From a virus (Duplodnaviria > Caudoviricetes): a stretch of 64,000 nt of DNA. Shown here in pieces: positions 29,691 to 38,252 of this stretch (positions within the stretch are counted from its first letter, which is position 1; each line of letters starts with the position of its first letter). The translations under genes were made by a program, and so were the position numbers. The notes beneath the pieces were generated by a model, which saw only the letters and a list, made by a program, of their open reading frames with translations, had not been told where the DNA came from and searched no databases. The stretch covers positions 1,417 to 65,416 of the IMG/VR virus record IMGVR_UViG_3300016474_000093. One strand, 5' to 3'.

Positions 29691-29724
29691 AAAAAAAAGT
29701 GCTACCCTGCAAGCAGGGTAGCAC
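29691..29724 (-). terminator. Intrinsic terminator after 29732..30358
   Basis: gtgctaccctgc/gcagggtagcac stem with T8 tail on the - strand. Confidence 0.85.
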
Positions 29725-29731
29725 CGAAAGA

Positions 29732-30358
29732 TTACTTGACCGACCAATATGCGGCGATTCTACGCTTGGTCAATTCAACATTAGCAGATGGGTCATTGCC
29801 ACGGGCATCAGCATTACGGACACGTTCAAGCATGGTGTCCATTGCTTTCTTTTCAAACTCAGCGAAGGCTAAAGCCTGAACGCGTTCCGCCTTTATGCCA
29901 GCCCTTTCTTTCCAAATCTTTTTAGCCTTACTGATTAGATCGCCTAAGCGATTGCTGACATAAGCATTTGTGTCGGTTTTCAAACCTTGGATTAGTTGAT
30001 ACCTAACCTTGTCCGAGGTTTTCATCTCATTTAACATTTGCTGGGTTACAGCGAAAGCCACGTTAACGTTCAACGCAAACTTTTCGACGTTCAGCTTTTC
30101 TATCTCTTTGGCAGATTTTTCAACATAGTTGCCATCGACAATGGCAAACAACCTTTCAGGCTTGATCGCTTCGCCGTAATGCAGAACATAGCCTTCGCTG
30201 AGTTGATCACGCTGTTCTTTCGTGAATTGATCGCCGCGTGAAAGGTCAGGGTTGCCAAGGGTCGGGATTGAAGCCATCGCATACCTTGCAACATCTTCAA
30301 GGTTGCTGTTGATTTTGGCCTGTTGATACCCTGCGTCACGTAATGATCTGATGTTCAT
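29732..30358 (-). CDS. Early protein, paralog A (208 aa)
   Basis: Own promoter, RBS and terminator; collinear similarity to 30595..31251. Confidence 0.85.
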   Translation of the reverse strand: MNIRSLRDAGYQQAKINSNLEDVARYAMASIPTLGNPDLSRGDQFTKEQRDQLSEGYVLHYGEAIKPERLFAIVDGNYVEKSAKEIEKLNVEKFALNVNVAFAVTQQMLNEMKTSDKVRYQLIQGLKTDTNAYVSNRLGDLISKAKKIWKERAGIKAERVQALAFAEFEKKAMDTMLERVRNADARGNDPSANVELTKRRIAAYWSVK

Positions 30359-30417
30359 AGTGTAGTCCTAGAAAATATCGGTTTGATGTTCATAGTGTAG
30401 TCCTAGAACATATCGGT
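30349..30417. repeat. Tandem 34-bp duplication (35-bp period) of RBS and start of paralog A
   Basis: tgatgttcatagtgtagtcctagaa(a/c)atatcggt occurs twice. Confidence 0.9.
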
Positions 30418-30440
30418 GCGGAATTGCATCCGATGAAATA

Positions 30441-30469
30441 CTTATACCCTTGTTCAATGATGTTGTACA
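30441..30469 (-). promoter_or_regulatory. Early promoter
   Basis: TGTACA-N17-TATAAG; shares GTATAAGTA with the promoters at 31302 and 31989. Confidence 0.7.
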
Positions 30470-30552
30470 GCATTTCACGGTGGCGTTAATCGCTAATTAG
30501 CGAGGCGCACACACAGCACGCGCACAGAAAAATAACTGGCATCAATGGGGCC

Positions 30553-30586
30553 AAAAAAGAGCAGCAAGGCCGAAGCCCTGCTGCTC
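30553..30586 (-). terminator. Intrinsic terminator after 30595..31251
   Basis: GC stem with cUUCGg loop and T6 tail on the - strand. Confidence 0.8.
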
Positions 30587-30594
30587 TAGTACTA

Positions 30595-31251
30595 CTAGCT
30601 CGCTGCTTTGAAAGCCGCGATCTTGCGCTTGATCAATTCGACGTCTGCTGTCGAATCGTTGCCCCTAGCGTCCGCATTGCGGACTCTAGTTAAAATGTCG
30701 TCTAGTGTTTCTTCTAACCAGACACCGAACACTTTGGCTTGTACGCGCTCTTTTTTGACGCCTAGCTGAGCGCGTCGAATCTCCTTTGCCTTGCGTATCA
30801 AGTCGCCTATTCGATTCGAAGCGTAAGCGTTGAAGTCGGTTCGCATCTGCTGGACTAACTGATACCAAGTTTTATCGTTAGTCTTGATGTCATTCATCGC
30901 GGCTTGCGTTATTGCGAAGGCAATGTGAACATCTAGCTTGCGCTTTTCGCCTTCGTGTTCATCGAATTCGCCTTCGAACACTTCGACTAGGTTACCGTCT
31001 GCTACTTTGAAATAGCGCGTTGGTTTTACTGCTTCACCAAAGTAAACCATGTAACCGGAGCGTAGCTCTTCGCGTTGCTCTTTGTTCATCTGGTCTTCGC
31101 GGCTTGCGTCGAGATCGCCAAGCGTTGGAATGCGAAGCATTGCGAAATGTGCAATGTCACGGATGCGCGACTCGGTCTTGCCTTGCTGATAACCAACGTC
31201 GCGGAGGGATTGCAATTTTAAGTCTTGCTCGACTTTTATGGGCTTAGCCAT
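30595..31251 (-). CDS. Early protein, paralog B (218 aa)
   Basis: SLRDVGYQQ...IPTLG...RVRNADARGND shared with paralog A. Confidence 0.85.
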   Translation of the reverse strand: MAKPIKVEQDLKLQSLRDVGYQQGKTESRIRDIAHFAMLRIPTLGDLDASREDQMNKEQREELRSGYMVYFGEAVKPTRYFKVADGNLVEVFEGEFDEHEGEKRKLDVHIAFAITQAAMNDIKTNDKTWYQLVQQMRTDFNAYASNRIGDLIRKAKEIRRAQLGVKKERVQAKVFGVWLEETLDDILTRVRNADARGNDSTADVELIKRKIAAFKAAS

Positions 31252-31301
31252 AGTGTTTCCCCTAGGGATGAATGTCGGAACCCGCCGACTCGGTACTAAT
31301 A

Positions 31302-31330
31302 CTTATACGCTTGCGCTATGACATTGTCTA
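31302..31330 (-). promoter_or_regulatory. Early promoter
   Basis: TAGACA-N17-TATAAG. Confidence 0.75.
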
Positions 31331-31418
31331 GGATCTCACGGTAGCGTGAACCGCTAAATAGCGGCACGCTCGCACAGCACGCGCACGGACACATAACTGG
31401 CATCAAAGATGATGGGCC

Positions 31419-31448
31419 AAAAAAAGAGCAGGGGCCGAAGCCCCTGCT
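31419..31448 (-). terminator. Intrinsic terminator after 31451..31654
   Basis: agcaggggc-cgaa-gcccctgct (cUUCGg on the - strand) with T7 tail. Confidence 0.85.
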
Positions 31449-31450
31449 TG

Positions 31451-31654
31451 TCAGTCGTTGGTTATGTGTGACATCATGATGCCGTATATGGCATGTTTTT
31501 GTAGCGGGCTGTATAAGTCCCATTCTTTCCAAAAGGACTCAGCAGGTCTACAACCGTAAGCGTCTTTGTGTAGGTCGCTAACTGTCCTATCTAGCTCATC
31601 TTCGTCTATGTCGTCTATGATGGCGTCGATGTCTTTTTTATCGAACTGAATCAT
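31451..31654 (-). CDS. Small acidic early protein (SDLHKDAYG.RP motif)
   Basis: AGGAG RBS; Asp-rich N-terminus. Confidence 0.7.
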   Translation of the reverse strand: MIQFDKKDIDAIIDDIDEDELDRTVSDLHKDAYGCRPAESFWKEWDLYSPLQKHAIYGIMMSHITND

Positions 31655-31697
31655 GATTTTCTCCTTGTGGAGGGCGGCGTTGCCGCCCTCCGTTGCG

Positions 31698-31925
31698 TTA
31701 TGCTAGCGTTGCTCTGCTAGCGACTAACCGACCGAACCGCGTCGTGATCCTCACGATGTGAGGACCGAACTCCCTGCCGTAACAGCGCATCCACTCCATC
31801 GCGTCGGCTTGTGTCCAAGCACGATGTGTGATCTTGATGTCACGTTCAAGGTCGATGACCTCGACGCGGTAGGGCTTCGCTGCTGCCCTGAATGCTTGCT
31901 TGAGCAAGCTAGTGACTTTGACCAT
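31698..31925 (-). CDS. Small early hypothetical protein
   Basis: GGAGG RBS; first gene after the 31989 promoter. Confidence 0.65.
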   Translation of the reverse strand: MVKVTSLLKQAFRAAAKPYRVEVIDLERDIKITHRAWTQADAMEWMRCYGREFGPHIVRITTRFGRLVASRATLA

Positions 31926-31988
31926 GATGGCCTCCTGTCATGTCAGACTCCCTCTGACTTGGGTTATGGGACGTTTCCCATGACTTTA

Positions 31989-32017
31989 CTTATACCAACC
32001 CCGACGGCCTTTGTCAC
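31989..32017 (-). promoter_or_regulatory. Early promoter
   Basis: GTGACA-N17-TATAAG. Confidence 0.7.
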
Positions 32018-32031
32018 GCATCCCACGGTAA

Positions 32032-32052
32032 CCCCACCCGCCCCCCACCCCC
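32032..32052 (-). other. G-quadruplex-capable tract in the early/late divergence region
   Basis: - strand GGGGG-T-GGGGGG-C-GGG-T-GGGG. Confidence 0.55.
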
Positions 32053-32174
32053 TGGATTGGCCGCGTCGCTCGCACCCCCCTACACCCCATAATTTGCACA
32101 AACGATTTATAATTTTTCAAATATAAAAACACCCCCCTTGTCTTTTAGGTACCATACGTTTACATTACGAACCT

Positions 32175-32765
32175 ATGCCAACATATATGTTAGACATAGA
32201 CCCCAATATCCCCCTGCCTGCCAACGCAGCAGAAGCCCTACCCCCCATGACACCAAAAGAAGAATTGGAGGTTAGGACTAGAACTATAAAACTTATAGCG
32301 GACCTCCAAGGTAAACCAATACATCCCAGCGATAAAGATAAAGACGAAGCTCGCGCATTGGCTAAGAAAATGGTTGAAGACCCCAAGGGACATATTCAAT
32401 TTAGTAATTACAAGAATGAAACCCTTGCATACCTAGCTGGTATGGTGTCCCAATATGATCAAATGATCGTTAGGGATCTTGCTGACTTCAAAATATTCGT
32501 TGTTAATAAGCTTGTTGAACAGACTGAATCAGGAAATGCCAAGGATGTTATTGCGGCATTAAAAGCATTAGGCGAAGTTGATGGCGTGGATGCCTTCAAA
32601 CGTCGGTCAGAAGTAACGGTGCAGATCAAACCCATCGATCAGGTGGAGAAAGATCTGTTGGCTAAGCTGGAAAAACTTGAGCGACTCACCAAATATGCCG
32701 ATGCTCAAGACATAATTGATGTCGAACCAACTCAAATTAACACCTCAGAAGATAGCGGCCCTTAA
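32175..32765 (+). CDS. Putative terminase small subunit
   Basis: Directly upstream of and overlapping terL; helical, ALKALGEVDGVDAF motif. Confidence 0.65.
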   Translation: MPTYMLDIDPNIPLPANAAEALPPMTPKEELEVRTRTIKLIADLQGKPIHPSDKDKDEARALAKKMVEDPKGHIQFSNYKNETLAYLAGMVSQYDQMIVRDLADFKIFVVNKLVEQTESGNAKDVIAALKALGEVDGVDAFKRRSEVTVQIKPIDQVEKDLLAKLEKLERLTKYADAQDIIDVEPTQINTSEDSGP

Positions 32766-34242
32766 AAAGCTACTTCCCCATGCTTCTCCAGATGAAAAAC
32801 GGGAGATTTTGCGGGATTTAGAGTTTTGGGAGTCGCAGCAAGCCCAATCGCTAGGGCAAAAGAAGCTATTAGCCTTCGCAGACCACGTATACCCAGGCTA
32901 TAAAGTAGGTCCACACCATAAAAGGCTGGCTAAAATCTTTGAAGATATAGCCAACGGGGTCAAAAAACGGGTAGTTGTAAACATTGCACCCCGTCACGGT
33001 AAATCAGAACTCATTTCTTACCTAGCTCCAGCTTGGTTTTTAGGTAAGTACCCACATAAAAAGATCATTATGGCTTCCCATACGGCTGATTTAGCCGTAA
33101 ATTTCGGTAGAAGAGTGCGAAATTTGGTGGCAAGTGATCCATATAAGCAAATTTTTCCACAGATTGAGCTGCAACAAGATTCAAAATCAGCTTCTAGATG
33201 GGGTACTAACTTTAATGGCGAATATTTTGCTATTGGTGTTGGGGGTGCTCTTGCTGGTAGGGGGGCTGACCTTTTTATTATTGACGATCCTCATTCCGAG
33301 CAAGAGGCTAAACAAGGAAGAGCAGACGTTTTTCTTCCCGCTTGGGAGTGGTTTCAGTCTGGTCCTATTCAGCGTCTTATGCCTGGGGGCGCTATTATTA
33401 TTGTGATGACACGATGGTCAAAACTTGATCTAACCGGTCAGGTTATTAACCACATGTCTAAAAATGAAGATGCAGAACAGTGGGAGATCGTAGAGTTTCC
33501 TGCCATTTTGCCAAGTGGTAACCCACTTTGGCCTGAATTTTGGCCGGTTGAAGAATTAAACGCTAAAAAAGCCTCACTTGACCCCCGCTACTGGCAAGCC
33601 CAGTACATGCAAGACCCAACTTCTGAAGAAGGGGCGTTAATTAAGCGTGAGTGGTGGCAGATTTGGGAGAAAGACGACCCGCCCAAATGTGAATATTTAA
33701 TTATGTCTTTGGATGCTGCCCAGGAAAACAATAATAGGGCTGACTATAACGCCTTGACGGTATGGGGAGTGTTCTTCAACGAAGAAGTTAACAATTACAA
33801 CATCATATTGCTTAACGCCATCAAAAAACGGATGGAATATCCTGAACTTAAGAAATTAGTGTTTGAAGAGTACAAAGAGTGGCAACCTGATTCATTTATT
33901 GTTGAGAAAAAATCCAACGGGGCTGCGCTTTACCAAGAAATTCGCAGGATGGGGCTACCGCTACAGGAGTTCACACCGAGTAAAGGACAGGATAAGATTG
34001 CCAGGGTCAATTCAGTGACTGATTTATTTTCATCAGGCATCGTTTGGGCACCTGATAAACGTTGGGCTAAAGAAGTTATAGAGGAATGCAATGATTTCCC
34101 CAGCGGCACAAACGATGACTTAGTTGACTCCACGACGCAAGCGTTAATGCGTTTTCGTAACGGTGGGTTTATTAGACTACCGTCTGATGAGCCTGAAGAA
34201 CCGATGATGTTTAGGCGTAAAAATCAATACGCCTATTATTAA
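32716..34242 (+). CDS. terL: Terminase large subunit
   Basis: NIAPRHGKS Walker A, IIDDP Walker B, MTRW coupling motif, nuclease SLDAA...VEKK...DDLVDS. Confidence 0.95.
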   Translation: MMSNQLKLTPQKIAALKKLLPHASPDEKREILRDLEFWESQQAQSLGQKKLLAFADHVYPGYKVGPHHKRLAKIFEDIANGVKKRVVVNIAPRHGKSELISYLAPAWFLGKYPHKKIIMASHTADLAVNFGRRVRNLVASDPYKQIFPQIELQQDSKSASRWGTNFNGEYFAIGVGGALAGRGADLFIIDDPHSEQEAKQGRADVFLPAWEWFQSGPIQRLMPGGAIIIVMTRWSKLDLTGQVINHMSKNEDAEQWEIVEFPAILPSGNPLWPEFWPVEELNAKKASLDPRYWQAQYMQDPTSEEGALIKREWWQIWEKDDPPKCEYLIMSLDAAQENNNRADYNALTVWGVFFNEEVNNYNIILLNAIKKRMEYPELKKLVFEEYKEWQPDSFIVEKKSNGAALYQEIRRMGLPLQEFTPSKGQDKIARVNSVTDLFSSGIVWAPDKRWAKEVIEECNDFPSGTNDDLVDSTTQALMRFRNGGFIRLPSDEPEEPMMFRRKNQYAYY

Positions 34243-34251
34243 GGATAGATC

Positions 34252-36729
34252 ATGGCTACAAGTAGCTTTTTTGACAAGTCGTTAACCCAGGCACCTATGG
34301 GTGTGCCCGGTAATTTTGATGCTGTACCTGAAATTGAGATCGAGATTGAAGATCCTGAGTCAGTAAAACTAGGACTTGGTGGGTTAGAAATTGTTATTGA
34401 GAAAGAAAAAGAAGACGACGAGTTTAATGACAACCTAGCTGAAAAGATGGACCCCAAGGAGTTAGCCACCCTTGCCGAAGATCTGTGTAGTGATTTTGAA
34501 GATGATATTTCGTCCCGCAAAGATTGGATGCAGACATATGTGGATGGGCTGGATCTGTTAGGACTTAAGGTTGAGGATCGGACTGAGCCTTGGCCTGGGG
34601 CGTGCGGGGTGTACCACCCCCTGCTGACTGAAGCTGTAGTGAAGTTTCAGGCTGAGACCATCATGGAGACATTTCCAGCACAAGGTCCGGTGCGTACCAA
34701 GATTATTGGCGAAGAAACAAAAGAAAAGAAAGAGTCTGCTAGTCGTGTGCAGGCAGATATGAATCATCAGCTTACCGATGTGATGATTGAGTACAGACCC
34801 GAGCACGAGAAGATGTTGTGGGGACTGGGGCTGGCAGGTAACGCGTTTAAGAAAATTTACTTTGATCCTGGGCTTGGTAGACAGACGGCGATGTATGTCT
34901 CCGCTGATGATCTTGTTGTGCCATATGGCGCTGCAAATATTGAGACTGCCGAGCGTGTTACGCATGTCATGCGTAAGACTAAAAATGAACTAGAGCGGTT
35001 AATGGAGAGTGGGTTCTACGTTGATGTGGAACTTGAAGAACCTAGCGATTCTCTTGATGAAGTAGAGAAAAAGATTGCAGAGAAGATGGGGTTCAGAGCG
35101 ACTACTGACTCTCGCTATAAACTGCTTGAAATGCACGTTAACCTTGATCTTCCAGGGTTTCCTGATAAAGATGAAGATGGTAAAAATACTGGGCTTGCGG
35201 TTCCCTATGTTGTGACTATTGAGAAGTCCAACGGCAAAATATTAGCGATTCGCCGCAATTGGAATCCTGATGATGAATTAAGGCAAAAACGTCAGCATTT
35301 TGTCCACTACCCCTATGTCCCAGGTTTTGGGTTTTACGCCTTTGGGCTTATTCATTTAGTAGGCGGTTTTGCTAAATCAGGTACATCGATTCTTCGACAG
35401 CTTGTCGATGCAGGTACGTTATCTAACCTTCCTGGTGGGTTTAAGACCAAAGGTATGCGTACTAAAGGCGATGACACACCGTTTGCTCCGGCTGAATGGC
35501 GTGATGTGGATATAGCCTCGGGTGCGCTCAAAGACAACATTATGCCGCTTCCGTACAAGGAGCCGTCGCAGGTGCTAGCTGCACTCATGGACAAGATCGT
35601 CGATGAGGGTCGTCGGTTTGCGTCCGCAGCAGATCTTAAAGTCTCTGACATGTCGGCTCAGTCCCCGGTTGGGACTACGCTAGCGATTCTGGAGCGCACG
35701 TTAAAAGTAATGTCGGCTGTTCAGGCGCGGATTCACTATGCGATGAAACAAGAGTTCCGACTCTTGAAGAAAATAATCGCAGACTACACGCCAGATAAAT
35801 ATGACTATGAGCCTGTGGACGGTCGTCCGAGGGCCAAGAAGTCAGACTACGACAACGTCGATGTAATTCCGGTCAGTGATCCGAACGCAGCGACAATGAG
35901 CCAGAAGGTGGTGCAGTACCAAGCGGTTATGCAGTTAGCGCAGACAGCACCGCAGTTATATGACTTGCCATATTTACATAGGCAGATGTTAGAGGTGCTC
36001 GGTATTAAAAATGCCGAGAAGCTCGTGCCGATAGAAGACGATATGAAGCCGACTGATCCTGTGTCTGAGAATATGGACATCTTGCAGACTAAGCCGGTTA
36101 AGGCGTTTATATATCAGGACCATCAGGCGCATATCACAGTCCATATGTCTGCCATACAAGATCCGAAAATCATAGAGATTGTGAGTCAAAGCCCACAAGC
36201 TTCGCAAATTGCAGCGGCATTAGCCGCACATGTTCAAGAGCATATTGCCTTTGAATATCGCAAACAAATTGAAGAAGCCGCTGGCGTTCCATATCCTGCA
36301 CCAAACCAGGAGATGGATGAGTCCACTGAAGTTGAAATATCCCGCTTAGCTGCTGCTGCGGCGCAACAAGTTCTACAGAAGAACAAGAGTGAAGCAGCTC
36401 AGAAACAGGCGCAACAAGCAGCACAAGACCCGATTGTGCAGATGCAGCAGAAAGAACTTGAGATCAAACAGCAAGATGTACAGCTCAAACAGCAGAAGAT
36501 GGCTATTGATGCTGCTGCCAAGGCTGATCAACTGGATATTGAGCGTGAACGTATTGCGGCTCAAGAGCGTATTGCTGGACTTCAAGTAGGGGTAAAAGTA
36601 GCTACATCTCAACGTGAATTATCTGCTCGTCAGCAATCAGAGGGTATGCGGATGGGCATAGAGACGGGCAAAGAGTTACTTAATAGGGCTAATCAGCAAC
36701 AAAAACCCCCGTCAAAGGATAAAAAATGA
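34252..36729 (+). CDS. Portal protein (P22-like, long C-terminal barrel)
   Basis: 825 aa after terL; EPWPGACGVYHPLL, GNAFKKIY, GFGFYAFG; Gln-rich coiled-coil tail. Confidence 0.88.
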   Translation: MATSSFFDKSLTQAPMGVPGNFDAVPEIEIEIEDPESVKLGLGGLEIVIEKEKEDDEFNDNLAEKMDPKELATLAEDLCSDFEDDISSRKDWMQTYVDGLDLLGLKVEDRTEPWPGACGVYHPLLTEAVVKFQAETIMETFPAQGPVRTKIIGEETKEKKESASRVQADMNHQLTDVMIEYRPEHEKMLWGLGLAGNAFKKIYFDPGLGRQTAMYVSADDLVVPYGAANIETAERVTHVMRKTKNELERLMESGFYVDVELEEPSDSLDEVEKKIAEKMGFRATTDSRYKLLEMHVNLDLPGFPDKDEDGKNTGLAVPYVVTIEKSNGKILAIRRNWNPDDELRQKRQHFVHYPYVPGFGFYAFGLIHLVGGFAKSGTSILRQLVDAGTLSNLPGGFKTKGMRTKGDDTPFAPAEWRDVDIASGALKDNIMPLPYKEPSQVLAALMDKIVDEGRRFASAADLKVSDMSAQSPVGTTLAILERTLKVMSAVQARIHYAMKQEFRLLKKIIADYTPDKYDYEPVDGRPRAKKSDYDNVDVIPVSDPNAATMSQKVVQYQAVMQLAQTAPQLYDLPYLHRQMLEVLGIKNAEKLVPIEDDMKPTDPVSENMDILQTKPVKAFIYQDHQAHITVHMSAIQDPKIIEIVSQSPQASQIAAALAAHVQEHIAFEYRKQIEEAAGVPYPAPNQEMDESTEVEISRLAAAAAQQVLQKNKSEAAQKQAQQAAQDPIVQMQQKELEIKQQDVQLKQQKMAIDAAAKADQLDIERERIAAQERIAGLQVGVKVATSQRELSARQQSEGMRMGIETGKELLNRANQQQKPPSKDKK

Positions 36730-36926
36730 GAGAAAACGTAGATGTATTACACCACCTCATTAAAAAATTTGACGCAGAACGTGAGCGCTTGACTACTGTT
36801 TTAGGTCAAGGGTTGGCGCAAGACCACGCAGACTACCGCTTCCAGTGCGGAGTTATTCGTGGATTATCAATAGCAGTTGGAATGCTGACAGACACAGCAG
36901 AAAGGTTGGAAGATTACGATGAGTGA
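36726..36926 (+). CDS. Small hypothetical protein
   Basis: DYRFQCGVIRGL motif; coupled to portal. Confidence 0.65.
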   Translation: MRENVDVLHHLIKKFDAERERLTTVLGQGLAQDHADYRFQCGVIRGLSIAVGMLTDTAERLEDYDE

Positions 36927-37320
36927 ACTCCTAGTAGGGTCTACAAGCGGCTCTGCGACGGTATTGCCTGAAACCGCCGAAGAAAAAGCGCGACAACTCC
37001 CTGATCCATCAGGTTATCGGATCTTATGCACAATCCCCGAGATTGAAGATAGGTTTGATAATGGCTTAATAAAAGCCGATGTCACGATGCACCACGAAGA
37101 ATTACTGACGACGGTGCTTTTTGTCATCAAGATGGGGCCGGATGCGTACAAAGATGAGAAGCGATTCCCGTCTGGGCCGTATTGCAAGGTAGGTGATTTT
37201 GTATTGGTACGTCCACACGCAGGTACACGACTAAAAATTCATGGTCGTGATTTTCGCATTATTAACGATGATTCTGTCGAGGGGGTTGTAGAAGATCCTC
37301 GTGGCATTAGTCGCGCATAA
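36919..37320 (+). CDS. groES: GroES-like co-chaperonin
   Basis: LPDPSGYRIL...GLI...VIKMGPDAY...CKVGDFVLV...GTRLKIHG..RIINDDSVEGVV. Confidence 0.8.
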   Translation: MSELLVGSTSGSATVLPETAEEKARQLPDPSGYRILCTIPEIEDRFDNGLIKADVTMHHEELLTTVLFVIKMGPDAYKDEKRFPSGPYCKVGDFVLVRPHAGTRLKIHGRDFRIINDDSVEGVVEDPRGISRA

Positions 37321-37331
37321 AGGGGTTAAAA

Positions 37332-38252
37332 ATGGCTGAACAAGAAAACGCCAACACTGATATTGAGATTGAAATTGAAGACGATACGCCCCCAGAAGAT
37401 CGCGGGCGGGAACCGTTACCCAAAGAGCTAGTTAAAGAGCTTGAGGAAGACGAACTGGAAGAGTATTCCGAGAAAGTCAAAGTACGCCTCAAGCAAATGA
37501 AAAAAGTTTGGCACGACGAGCGTCGTGAGAAAGAACGTGCGTTACGTGAACAGCAAGCTGCATTAGAAGTAGCTCAACGACTAAAAAGTGAAGTTGAAAC
37601 TTTAAGATCTAAAGCTACAGAAAATGAGGGTTACTTTGTTCAAAGTGCCACTGGCGCAGCGCAACTAGAACTTCAAGCTGCTGAGAAAGAATTTAAAGAT
37701 GCTTATGAGGCTGGGGATTCTGAAAAGCTTTTAGAAGCCCAACGTAAAGTTAATGAAGCAACATATAAATTACAAAGTTTAAAGAGTTATCGTCCGCCCC
37801 CTGTACAAACCCAGGAAACGGTGGTAGATTCTTCACAACAGTTAACGCAACTGCCTAAACTTGACGCTAAAACCGAGAGCTGGCGTAGACAAAATACGTG
37901 GTTCGGTTCTGACGATGAGATGACCGCTACGGCACTTGGATTAAATAGCAAACTAATCCGAGATCGCGGTAATCAATTTGTTGGTAGCGATGAGTATTGG
38001 GATATCGTTGATAAAACGATGCGTAAAAGATACCCCGAGTATGACTGGGGGGATGAACCTGCTGAGATTGAGACAAAATCATCTTTAGCACGTACAGAAA
38101 GACCAGCTACGGTTGTAGCTCCTGTTTCTCGCAGTACGACCTCCAAAAAGGTCAAACTTAGTCAATCCCAACTTTATGTTATTAAGAAGATGGGTATTAC
38201 CCCTGAACATTATGTACAGGAAATGATGAAATTGGAGCGTGCAAATGGCTGA
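37332..38252 (+). CDS. Putative scaffolding protein
   Basis: Acidic N-terminus, long coiled coil, C-terminal LSQSQ..KKMGIT..Y helix-turn-helix; head module position. Confidence 0.7.
   Translation: MAEQENANTDIEIEIEDDTPPEDRGREPLPKELVKELEEDELEEYSEKVKVRLKQMKKVWHDERREKERALREQQAALEVAQRLKSEVETLRSKATENEGYFVQSATGAAQLELQAAEKEFKDAYEAGDSEKLLEAQRKVNEATYKLQSLKSYRPPPVQTQETVVDSSQQLTQLPKLDAKTESWRRQNTWFGSDDEMTATALGLNSKLIRDRGNQFVGSDEYWDIVDKTMRKRYPEYDWGDEPAEIETKSSLARTERPATVVAPVSRSTTSKKVKLSQSQLYVIKKMGITPEHYVQEMMKLERANG

Larger units (their letters stand above)
28973..31363. repeat. Five copies of bipartite palindrome TTCACG-N4-CGTGAA-N-CGCTA-N2-TAGCG (28973, 29425, 29540, 30474, 31335)
   Basis: Copies read directly; arms conserved, N4 and N2 spacers variable; 28973 copy has a degenerate second half; 30474 and 31335 each carry one arm mismatch. 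Confidence 0.9.
29646..31406. repeat. Three copies of a conserved box cacagcacgcgcac(a/g)g..ataactggcNtcaa (29646, 30512, 31373)
   Basis: First two copies identical over 29 bp; third differs in the middle; each sits next to a terminator. Confidence 0.9.

Noticed and set aside
28973-31450. CRISPR array
   Set aside because: Repeats are hundreds of bases apart with whole genes between them; there is no regular repeat-spacer period and no cas operon.
29540-31450. Integron attC cassettes
   Set aside because: No tyrosine recombinase in the window and no RYYYAAC/GTTRRRY core ends; cassettes carry their own promoters.
32716-34242. Intein or intron in terL or polA
   Set aside because: Lengths and motif spacing are normal; no C/S...HN splice motifs or frame breaks.
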